From assembly GCA_002633005.1 (NCBI GenBank), contig NMRA01000031.1, positions 1,087,004 through 1,151,003 of the forward strand: a stretch of DNA of 64,000 nucleotides. Direction: 5' to 3'. This document shows positions 41,101 to 53,100 of this stretch, in pieces. This DNA is from Phoronis australis (Eukaryota; Animalia; Phoronida). Under the pieces are notes generated by a model. It had not been told where the DNA came from. It was given only the letters and a program-made list of their open reading frames with translations, and did not search any database. How positions within the stretch are numbered: position 1 is the first letter of the stretch; the number at the start of each line of letters is the position of its first letter. A program made the position numbers and the translations under genes.

Positions 41101-44100
41101 GCTTCACTAACCCACTGGGAATAACCACTGATGAATATTGTGAACCTTGACATTAATATAGTATTTACAATGAAGGTAGCAATGTAAAAAGTCGTTATTC
41201 GTTGATCAGTTTCTTGTGGGAAAGTTTTCTTTACTATATTGAAAATGTCAGGTGTGTTAACATTATAAATTCTTGGTAATATCAGAGAAGCAAAACCTAA
41301 TAAATCCAAATTTTTCAGGCATTGTGTGCTAGATGTGTTAAGTTTGTCGCTTTTATTTTTTCACTGCACCTCCTTGTTTCAATAACGATGGAAAATGAAT
41401 TTAGGTCGAATGGATCACGAAGCATTAACTTAAAGCCAGCTGCACACTATGCGATTCTGCTCGACATATAGAACTTCATGTGACTAGTACTGAGAAGAAA
41501 AACGGTTCTTTTGGTACCTACTTTTTACCACTATATTATTGATTGTTGTGGACATATAGCAGTGTTTGAGTACAGTGAGCAGGCCTCTTTACAACTTATT
41601 ACAGGTATGTATACTGGTCAAACTGGGCGTCGCTGTCGGTAAGCATATCTGAAGCATCTATACAAAGGGCTGGTATGGATGGAAGTCTGAGGACAACGTT
41701 TGTGAGAGGAGGGATACAGTGGCCAGATGGACTAAGTATAGACCACGTGGCCAGGCGACTGTTCTGGAGTGATGCCTTCTATGACAGGATTCAATACGTG
41801 CCACTAGATGGGGATTCAGTTAGAAGAGTAAGTGAGCTGCTAATTAAACAATGATCACTGAAACGTGATGGTGTCGTGGGTCTTCCTTAATTAGGGAACT
41901 TAAATATTAACATTTTTCTGAGCTTTGCATGTGTGGGTCAAAACTGACGCAACTTCAAAGACGTAAGACAAAATAAGAATGGAGCAGTTTGTTAAGCCAT
42001 GAGTTCCAACCATAGTATAACTGTGGCTAACATCAAGTGTTAACTTGTCTTATTTCGTGACTGGGTTTTTGTGACGATTGCAAAATTAGATAAAGATGTT
42101 CCAACTCTCACCATTGTTTGAAATTGAACGTTCCGAGGTTATAGCAACATTATCTAAGCAGCGTTCAATATAAGTCGTATGTTTATTTGTATAACTCAGT
42201 AGGTATTTTCTTCGAACCTATGGGTTCTTGTTTGTGATGTTGAAGTTCATGCAAAATAAGTGAATTAGAAATGGGGTTTGCTTGTCTCATACTTGTTTTA
42301 CTTTCTCAGTAAATGTGACTATCCAGACCTTATAGTAAACTAGCAATCTTCAGCTATACTACATGTAAGTGACTTTGTTTTCAATGTAATGTCTTCTGCG
42401 CATTGCAATGGTGAAAGAACGGCTACCTTTTCCCACAACTCAGTGCACAGATGACTCGTTAAGCACTCTACGTTAACATCGAATTTTAGTTATTAGGTGT
42501 TATTGAGTTACGTCAGGCGTAATGTTCACTTTCCTTCTAGCCCACCACAGTAGTGCGTACCTCCAAGTCTCCACACGGCATCGCCTATGGCAACAACGTA
42601 GTTTATTGGACTCAAGTGGCTGGATCTGTTCTGTCCTACAACCTGAGCTCCAACAAGACAACTAATGTCCTGAACAGCAAGACAGGAGCCTATGACATCA
42701 AATTGTATGGGCCTGGCTTGCAGACAGGTGAGTTGGTGGTTACTCTGCTAGGGTGAGATTTACCACTTTGTGTATAAGTGACCTAACATAGTGAGCTTGA
42801 TCTCAAGCCGTTGCAAACTTTTAAGCTTGCTAATCACTTCTAATGTTAGTAATGAACAACGTAAGACCATTTTTAGAACTGTAAGTAGTCTAAGTCAAGT
42901 CTTATTTGGTGGAAGGCAGAGGTTTGTAGCTGCTTGAAATTATAAGGTGTGTGTGACATTGATAACGAAATTGAAAACGAATGGCAAGTTACCTCCTTGT
43001 GTCGCTTTTCTAACGGATACGTGACACTTTGTAGACGCCACTTGTGTGATTTTGCCTAACTTGGAACAGAGCAAAAATGTTAAAGCAAGTCTGGTTAGTA
43101 TTTTCAGAAGCTCAAAAACCTGCAACTTGTCAAAATGATGCATACGAATTCCACCCCAGGCAGTACTTCAGTGAAAACTAGAAGTTTCAACTCCCGTTAT
43201 TTCAAGACTTGAATTTAGGTACATTTCTCACGGCAAATACAAAGACCAAATGTATGAGAACTCCCCTTGGGAATGCTTGCCTGTCACAAAATAATAGTTA
43301 CACTTCTTGTGAGCTCCAGGATGTGCTAGCTGGTATGTGATTGTCTGCTTTGTGCTTTCTAGGCTCCAATCAGTGTTCAAATTATAACGGCGGTTGTTCT
43401 GATCTTTGTCTCCAAACACCAAGAGGCACCCCTGTATGCCTGTGTGGTGATGGACGGAAGGCTGTGGGCGGCAAAAACGATCAGTGTCAAGGTTTGTGTT
43501 GTCTCTTGCACAGATAAAGACTTGTATCCATCATGGGTGCAAAATAATGCATTTATAAAAATATTGGTTATTGTTTGCTGGTTTGGAGACATACCAGTGG
43601 CACACTTGTAAGCAAAGTCCAGGTAATTCAAACTAGAGCCATCAAGGCTATCCTGGGTATTAGAATTAGGGACACCTGGGTCAATGAGTTGTAGTTCAAG
43701 CATGGATTTATGAAAGTTAAACAAAGCGTGACACGAAACTAAAATTATCATTAAGTGAATACAGGGTGATTGATGACAAACATAGGGAAAAAAGGTAAAT
43801 ATATAACTTCAAATACTGTAAACAGTTACAGACTTCATGGTTATGTGCTGTGTATCTGTAATAGATCTCTTATTTCACAATACAATACAGTTACATATAA
43901 TAATTCCTCTGGACAACCCTAAGACGGTCCGGTGAGGTCCGCTACCCTTGTGGTGAGGATTGTGTGTGAACATTTTGTAACGTGATGTTTTTGTTGGTTG
44001 TAGATGATAGCTCGTACACGACACCATCACCATGTCTGAGTACAGAGTTCCAGTGTGGTAACGGAAGGTGCATCTCGCAGCGCCTCACCTGTGATGGGGA

Positions 44101-47100
44101 CGACGACTGTGGTGACAACTCAGATGAGAGCCGGGAGGAAGGCGGATATTGTGGTATGCACCTAGTGACATCTGGTGTTGTTATGGTAGAGACTTAATGC
44201 CATCGTTACGAAGAAGTTTTTATACGCATTTGATTAGAGTGGATCAGCTTAATCTTGATGTTAAATGAAATACCCCCTGGGACCAAAACCAGATGCAGAA
44301 GCATAGTGCCTATTTTGTTGAAGATTGTGTGATGGGTCGTAGCACGTCTGTCGTGTGCAATGTGACTGTAGCTGGAGGAGACGGTGTGACTCGGCGGCTT
44401 GAGCTCTGTGGTCTCGTCTGAGAGACCCGGGTTTGACTCCTGGCTTTATTGGCAGACACTTGAGCGTAATACAAAGGTGTCTCCTGCTCCACTGAGCTCG
44501 GTCTTCTTAGTGAAAGTATGCATGGGAGTGAATGAGAACCTGGATATAATGCGAAAGTGATTTCCGGGGGTGTGCTCATATTTAAAAAAATGTAACTGCG
44601 TGTTGCAACTGTTGTAAACTTGACCAGTATTGTTATTTAGATTTCTTAATATGTGAATGAACTGCGAGTAAAGTTAGGAGTGACTTAGCCACGACCCCAG
44701 GTAACTTAGGTGCGACCCCTGGTTACTTAGCTACGACCCCAGGTAACTTAGCTGCGACCCCAGGTAACTTAGCTATGACCCTGGGTACCTTAGCTATGAC
44801 CCCGGGTACCTTAGCTACGACCCCAGGTAACTTAGCTATGACCCTGTACAGCCACTGTTTCATATGCTCCACCTGTGGTGTACGAATAAGTCACCTTTCA
44901 ACTTGTCGTTTCAGAGCGCTTTTCGTGCGGCAATGACTCATTCACATGTCATAATAACAAGTGCATCCGACTGTCCTGGACGTGTGATGGAGAAAACGAT
45001 TGTAAAGATGGCGAAGATGAGACTGCTGCCATTTGTCACAGTGAGTCTGCTCCTTGCTCAGTCAACTTCCTGCTCAGCATTCCCTCTTCAATGTTTTTGG
45101 ACATGTGCTCCAAGTTGGTCCACTTTTCAGTAATAAAAATAGGTAAAAAATGGACAATCGCCGCTCAAATGAAAAAGTTGACATACAGGACCAGCTGGAT
45201 CTCTGAATAACATGCAAACCTCAGTGACCCTACATATTTCCTGTCATTTCACTTCGTGGATGTAGCCTGACTTGTATGTCGACACGTGATGTCTGTTTGT
45301 ATCCTGATGATGTCTAATGAATAGATGAAACGTCGAATTAATATGAACTTTATTTTTATTTGTGTGGCAATTGTCCGTTTTTTTACCAAAATCAGATGTA
45401 ATTAAAATAGGTCAAGTTCCACAATATGCTTAAAACCTGTTGTCTAGGAAACCACTCTTGAGGATGATTTTAGAAATAATGTTTCTACTGTGAAGAAAGT
45501 TGATGATTTTCAGACGATTTAGACTACTGTGGCGCCTCCTAGTGGCATTTTTTGTGTCTGCCAAACTCTGCAGGATCAGGCAAGTGTATTTATATGAAGT
45601 TGACCATGGACAACGACGACGACATTTGGACAGATCCAACTACCGCTGTGCAGCAGTGGCAATTTTTTTGTTGTCTTCTGTATCTCTGAAGCTCCTTGAT
45701 GGATGTCTATGAAATTTAGTAATTTAAATTTCTGTTAAAGAGATGATGTTTTTGGATGTATTCGACGTATTGCGGCTGTTTTTATTATCATGAAATTTTG
45801 TAGATAGGTTTCTGTTAAGGAGAGGCCGACACACTCTCATTTTCAGATGGGTTTGATGTATTCTGTGCCACCTGGTGGCCATTTTGAAAATTTTTGAGTG
45901 CATGTTTGTAATCACCCTCTTCATCCTCCAAATTGCTTGAATGATCATTATGAAAATTTGGAGATGTGTGAGGTTGCCGTTGATTTTCAGATTTATTTAA
46001 CTACTCTGGCACCTCCTGGTGGCAATTTGATTATTTTGCGTCCACGGTTGTATCTTGTTTACCCTATGCAAGATCTTTGTGACATCTTGCAGATGTGTTC
46101 CTTTGGAGATGGCAACAGATGACAGCGAGTTTCAGACCAATCCAACTAACAGCTGTTCTCTTTTTTACGTTTGCCTGTGTTATTTCAGAGTTCTTTGATG
46201 CTTTTTCATAAAATTTAACAAACAAGTTTCGCTTATGAAGACAACAGCATTAATTATTTTTTGGTCTGATTTTTGTCGTCTGCTTCTGTATCTGTCAAAC
46301 CACAGAGAGGATCATTATGAAAATTGGCAGATGTGGTACTACTGACTAGAGCATTACTGACGTGGATTTTCAAACGGTCCAACTACTGTGGTGCCCCCTA
46401 GTGACATTATTTTGCATTTACGGCTATATCTCCTAAATCCCTTCTAAGATGTTTTTGAAATTTTGCAGTTATTAACTTGATTGCAGATGGACGGATGTGA
46501 CTACCGCTGTGATTCCTAATGACTGCTTGTTTTTTTTTCGGTTTGCCTTTGTATCTATGGAGTTCTTTGATGGATTTTCATGAAATTTGGCGATAGTTTT
46601 AAGAGCCGACCTTACCTTCCCATAATTTAGGCAATAGTTTTAAGAGACGACCTTACCTTCCCGTTTTTGGATGGTCTCATTGTATGCTGTGCCATCTAAT
46701 GGCCTTTTTTATGATACAGATAAACACCCCTAGAAGCACACCCTTTGCGATGCTGTCGTGGGAGCATTTCAGCACTCCTGTTGCTCTTGTTACGTAACAA
46801 GAGCAACAGGAGTGCTGAAATGCTCCCACGTAGTTTTGTATTCTGTGTTACCAGTACTGAATTCAACTAGTCACTTTTTAACCAAAAGAAATTGGACTAC
46901 ATATTAAGCTCTAGGATAGTCACAAAATATTCTCTTTCAGTTAATGGAATTTCAAGTGTCCATGCTGTCTGTATTAAGTGTAAGATTAGTCTGCATTCTC
47001 CATTATTTCAGACTCTACTTGTTCAGCCGACCACTTCAGATGTGACTCTGGTCGGTGTATACCACAAGTGTGGCGGTGCGACCACGAGGACGATTGTGGA

Positions 47101-50100
47101 AATGGAACTGATGAGCGGGACTGCAGTACGTTTCTGTATAACATTGTCGGTGGGGGGTTCTGTCTTTTTGTCAGGTGGGATGGGGTTCTGTCAGGGATAG
47201 GTATACAAAGATCAGGCATGGTTTGTGGGCAACATCGTCAATTTGTAAACCTGGAAATAAATAATTCATTACTTTAATGTTTAATTGCCTAATAACACGT
47301 AGAAATTGAAAAATTCAGGTGCTTCCTACAATGAGTCCTGCTTTGTGGCCTGTGCACAACTGTTGAACGGTAAAAGGCATCAAATCTTCGGCACTGAGAC
47401 CTCATTTGTTTCATTCACTTTGAATTAAATGTTGGATAATTGTGAGATATTACATTTTGCTACCTGTAAGGCGATCACTCGCACAGTTGTGCCAAACGTG
47501 CTCTATATCAGTGTTATATTTACAGTCTACACAACTTGCTCTATAGTACAGTTCACGTGCGACAACAAGAGATGCACACAATTAGACTACATATGTGATG
47601 GTGAGGACGACTGTGGGGACGGGTCAGATGAGGTAGATATCGCACAAAGGAGTTGACATTAAAGATCTGCTGTGATACAACTACACTCATTCTATGATAC
47701 AAGCATCCAGAATAAGCCCAATAGGAACAAATTAACTTTTGATTTTTAAATGATACCCAATTTCTACCAAGTTTAGCCGAGAATAACTGCACTCTTTATT
47801 GATGTTTAGTCGATTTTACTGTTATATATGTGAGCTTTCTACATTTTCACCTGTATTTGTGAGTGTAGTTTTATTTAAATTTCTTATCATTTTATATCAC
47901 ATTATTTTAGTCGCTAATGGTTTTCGCTTTGAGTCGGCATGTATAAAAATATGTGATGACATTTGACTTGAGACATAAGAGATGAGCTTGTGGAATGACA
48001 GAGCTATTGGAGCCATTAGTGAACAAAGTATGATCAATAGGTGTCACTGTTTTGTGTTCTGTCTTTACAGAGAAACTGTCAGTATACATGTGACAACTCA
48101 ACACACTTCCAGTGTGGCACCAGTAAACAGTGCATCCTCAGGATTCTACATTGTGATGGAATTAACAACTGTGTTGATGGTTCTGACGAGACTAACTGCA
48201 GTATGTGCATCTTGAATATTTTGTTGTCGTTAGACCTTTTGTTTACCTCGACCTGCTTTCATGCTATAGTGATTAAAAGTAATGCAATGTGAATGTTAAG
48301 TCCATATTAAACTTTCATGTTTAAAGTGGCATTTCATCTTAGAATTAAGTTGCTAAATGTTAAAATGTTAACCATATCTCTTTGAGGTTTAAAAAGTTTA
48401 CCGTGTCCATTCAGTTTTGAATTATTGACTCTGACTAACAGCTATTTGGCTGTGACACACACCAGAGTAACGTATGAGCTCTTGTACTGTATTGTTTCTT
48501 TACCCTGATATGCATAGTCAGTCCTCCTTTGCAGACATGACGTTACCAGTGTGCGGCAAGGATGAATTTATGTGCGATGACAAGTGCATTCCGTCAGCAT
48601 GGCGATGTGACCTTGATGGGGATTGCGATGATGGGGCAGACGAACACAACTGTGGTAATTGTAAATTACAATGTTTAGATGACTTCTCAGAAGATTGAAC
48701 CACACTGAAATAGACAGGTTGTTCTGTAAATTACCCACAGTGTACAGTTGGTCGGTAATGATTTGATATAACGTGCCCGAATTTCGAGAACCGGGGTGAG
48801 TTTTCCCCGCTAAATAACAAGCATCAAACTGGTTCTCAAAGTGCGGGCACGTTAGATCAGACTGTTGCTCAGTTGGTCAATTGTTGAGCAGGTTTGGGCA
48901 ATACTTTAACATCATCCTGAGTCTCTATTCATTTGAGGTCTAGTAAAACTAATGTGGACTCGTATAAGTCAACTCATTGTTTATGTTTGACATAGTTGCA
49001 CTCGATTCTTCAGAGCTCGGATTGCACTTTACTTAAGACAAAGTCTCGTGGTCTGATTGAATCCGACTCGTGCGAGTTAGCAGTTATTTCCTGAAATTAT
49101 GGTTGGGAAAAAGGGAATCCTTAAAATTGTACACACCCTGTGGTATAGCAAATATCTATTTAAGCTAAACTTACAAGGAATGACTCATCATCATGAGAAT
49201 TTTCTAATTATGGTGTAGCGTTTCTATTCTGCTGAGGACTCGACAAATTTCAAATCATTCCTGCTCATGACAAATGGCCGAATGAAAAGGAGAGTTCCAC
49301 TCTCTGTGCCCAGCTCTAGTGATGGGGGAATTCCACTCTCTGTACCCAGCTCTAGTGATGGGGGAATTCCACTCTCTGTACCCAGCTCTAGTGATGGGGG
49401 AATTCCACTCTCTGTACCCAGCTCTAGTGATGGGAAATTCCGCTATCTGTACCCAGCTCTAGTGATGGGGGAATTCCCGATCGTATTTATTCTGTTCACT
49501 TATGGTTTGTGCTGTTCATGTCTTTGTTGTGTCGGTGTGAACTTGGTAATAAGTTGACACAATTTTGTTGATGGATTTTTTGGGAAAATGCTGTGGACTG
49601 AAACAAAAAAAACCCTGTATAGAACGTTATGACTGTGTGTTGTTTGATCTTTTCATTGGAAAGTCATTGTAATCTAATACCTTTGATATCATTGATAGTA
49701 ACATGTGGTGGTGACGAGACAACAATCCAATATCTTCAAGTTGAATATTTGGAACAAGTGTTTTTGACCGATTCCATAATTTAGTTTCACCTAACTTTTC
49801 TTGTTTCTTTGCGTCACGATTGTTGGCACGAGTTTTTCAAAAACTAGATTTTGTGTGTTTATTTGTTAACAAATGTTCTTAATATTCTTGTGCAGCTAAA
49901 GTATGTCACCAAAAGAAGGAGCTGTCATGTGACAACGGCACCAAGTGCATTCCTGTCACGTGGCAATGTGACGGCCATAACGACTGTGAGGACAGGAGCG
50001 ATGAAGTCGACTGTACTGGCCTGTGTATCTACCCCAACTATCGTTGTAACAGTACGGAGCAGTGTGTGAATGTCACCAAGCTGTGTGATGGACACAGAGA

Positions 50101-53100
50101 CTGCGATGATGGATCAGATGAGGGCGGTCATTGTGGTGAGTAGTGGACAGTGGATAATTATGTGTTGTAGAGATGAGGGTGTTGGAGCCTTTTTATCAAA
50201 ATTGTTTATTGTGGCTTGTGGGAGACCCATGGTCATTGTTTTGCCATACATGTGCCTATTTATGAAAGGATGAGTTTCTTCAATGAGAAAATTGTGTCCA
50301 TGCGTTTCACTTATACATGAAGGCTGCTATTCTTTGTATATTTGCGTAACTGTTCAATTTAAGCTTATTTTGTTTGCTATCTAAACTTTTTTTGAGTTTG
50401 TAATGTGCAATACACATTGAAGGTTCAGTTATGAGCTGGTATGACCTGTGCTTTCATCCTTTCCTGGGGTCTTTTTCGTGAAATGGGATTTGATACTTAC
50501 GTGAAAAAATCTCTACTTACACTGTCTCCCAATAGAATAAAGTGTTTGCCTACTAATTATTAACACATCTTAGTGTAGAAGTGATTTAGGAAAATTATCT
50601 CAGCTACTTGCAGTTATGTTTATAATTTCGAAGACCTTGTACTTTTTCTGAGTTGGGATAATTTTTTTTTAAAAATAGTTGTGGGGAGCATAAGATGAGC
50701 TTTCTGACTTCAGTTTCAGCTCACTTTTGATGTTTACTGTGTTACATGACTGACATTGTTACAGATGAGACCTCTTGTGACGTGGCCAACTGTGACCACT
50801 TTTGTAATAAATCTCCCGTTAATGGAACCATGTGTTACTGCAAGCCCAACTTCAAGCTGGGAGCTGATGGAATTTCTTGCATTGGTAAGAGCATCATTTC
50901 ATATGTTGTTTTGAATGTTGATCCAACTGGAAGCTCTTTAAATGTTTTCTGGGTGATATTCGATATAATAAAGTATATTCCGTATGGTCGTGTTAACTTA
51001 AGTCTGCTCAATATGTTTGTGTGGGTCCTGTCATATGAAGTCCCAGCTAGCCAGCTCTAGTTAAGACATTAATTAGTACACCTATGTCCTCAACACTTGA
51101 ATCTCATAAAAACTGTCAAAGAATTACATTGTGGCTCTGTTCTGACACGAAGCGGACACTTAAATGAACTAAAACAGGACATGGCTAGGATTGTTGAGAC
51201 CCTTGTACTTTCAGTGTAGTCGAATTTGGTCTTGAAGACAATGCTCTGCGAGGCGTTATTTGACTGTTTAAGTAAGCATCCTATCAACAGTAGATAGGTA
51301 ACGTTGAGAACACTGCCAAATGAAATTAAAAAAGCATTAAGTTGTGAAATTTTCCCGTTGCACCTTTGTCGCAGTAATAATACACTTTCATGCTTTCAAG
51401 ACGGAAATTAACGTAAGACTGAGAACGAGTAAACTGTTGTACATCATTGGAAAACGTACGTAAAGAGAATCTCCTAACATATGCCTGTGATTGTAGCGTC
51501 TGACGTGTGTCAGCGGTGGGGTATATGTTCCCAGAATTGTACCATCAGCCATGGAGGGAACAGTCATCACACTTGCTTCTGTTACCCTGGATACGAGTTG
51601 GATGTCGACCACTTCACGTGTATACCTAAAGGTACGGCTTGTGAACCATGTTGAGGATTGTGGAAGGTTTTCAGTGTTTATCCTGTAATGCCTTTGCAGG
51701 TTTTAGCCTGTAGTTTTTTTGTATCCTAAGCTCGTGGCATCAATTTCCATCAAAATATTTGCTTGATTATAAATTCCATTCGCCAGCTTTACTTGTTGGA
51801 GCTCAGCTCAACTGATAAATAGACATATTTCTGTAGTGTTTGTTTTTACACATGTAATTTGGGCTTTGTTTCAGATAACCAGCCATCCTATTTACTTTTC
51901 TCAAACCGTTTTGAGATCAAACGGTTTGACGTGAAGACCAAAGAGTTCATCACTCTGACATCTGGATTGCGCAACACTATTGCTCTCGACTTCCATCACA
52001 GACTACAGCTTGTCTTCTGGACTGATGTGGTTGACGACAAGATATACGCAGGCAAATTGATATCCAATGGTGAGATACTAATTTAATAACTGATTAACAT
52101 GCATTTGAAATTTTCAAAATGCAAGTAATTAAAGCGGTGGCATACCTCAGGGCAGTTGCCAGCCGCCCCCTCCCCAAATTTCGTACCTCTACCTCCAAGC
52201 TGCTCACTCGAGTAGCTGGGAGTTATATCCTGGCAGGGCAGCGGGATTCCTATAGGTGCAGTTTCTGAGGCTAAATGTCCCGGCCGTCACCATCCTGACT
52301 GGAGTAGGCTGGGACTAAATAAGGTGCAGTGTGCAGGCCCACTGTCGTGTGGACATGCCCTGGTGCTCACCAGCTCAGCACAGCCCTGCCTGCACTGAAG
52401 TGTGCATTATTTCCAGGGCGGAGGGAATGAAGGCTCAAGGAGATGACTGCTACAGAAAACAGCTACTGCCTTGTGGTTCATTTGAATACATGCCTGGTTT
52501 CAAATGGTTGGACGAGATTTGATCAACAATCATTTTGTGCCTGTATTTGGTTAATGACACTATGAAACAGTAGTCCTCACCTCTTTACCTAAATTGCTTC
52601 TTAAGAACTTTGCTTTGTTTTTGTTGATCACAACCTCCAAATGTGTTATTGGATATTTTGTAAAGATAGATCCAGAGTGACAATCCACTCAGCGTGTTGC
52701 TGAAGTAAAACATTGGCATCTCTTCAAGTTTTCTGACTTCATTTCGTTTTTCACCTTGTCTGCATCGAGCAAAGTTTTAGGCTTGACTTTTGCTACACGA
52801 AAGTTTGCGAAACGTTCACGTAACCAGTGTTTCTGTTTCGTTGAAGCCATTTTGCATAAGGAGGCCGTGGTGGGCGTGGGCCTAGCTACTACCGAGGGAC
52901 TGGCCATAGACTGGGTGGCTGATAACATCTATTGGATAGAGAGTAATCTGGACCAGATAGAGGTGGCTCGTCTAGACGGCAGTAACCGCACTACGCTGAT
53001 AGCAGGAGATATTGAGAATCCGAGGGCAATTGCTGTCGATCCAAGGATCGGGTACGGTGGAATTATTAGTCTGTCGCAGATTAACTTAAGTTGTGAAGTA

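Noticed and set aside
44378-44450. tRNA gene
   Set aside because: A/B-box-like motifs are present but no complete cloverleaf; treated as a SINE head. The B-box-like gggttcaaacc near 6890 was not called either.
49289-49478. 36-bp repeats of CRISPR-like length
   Set aside because: Head-to-tail with no unique spacers, no cas genes, and located in a eukaryotic intron.
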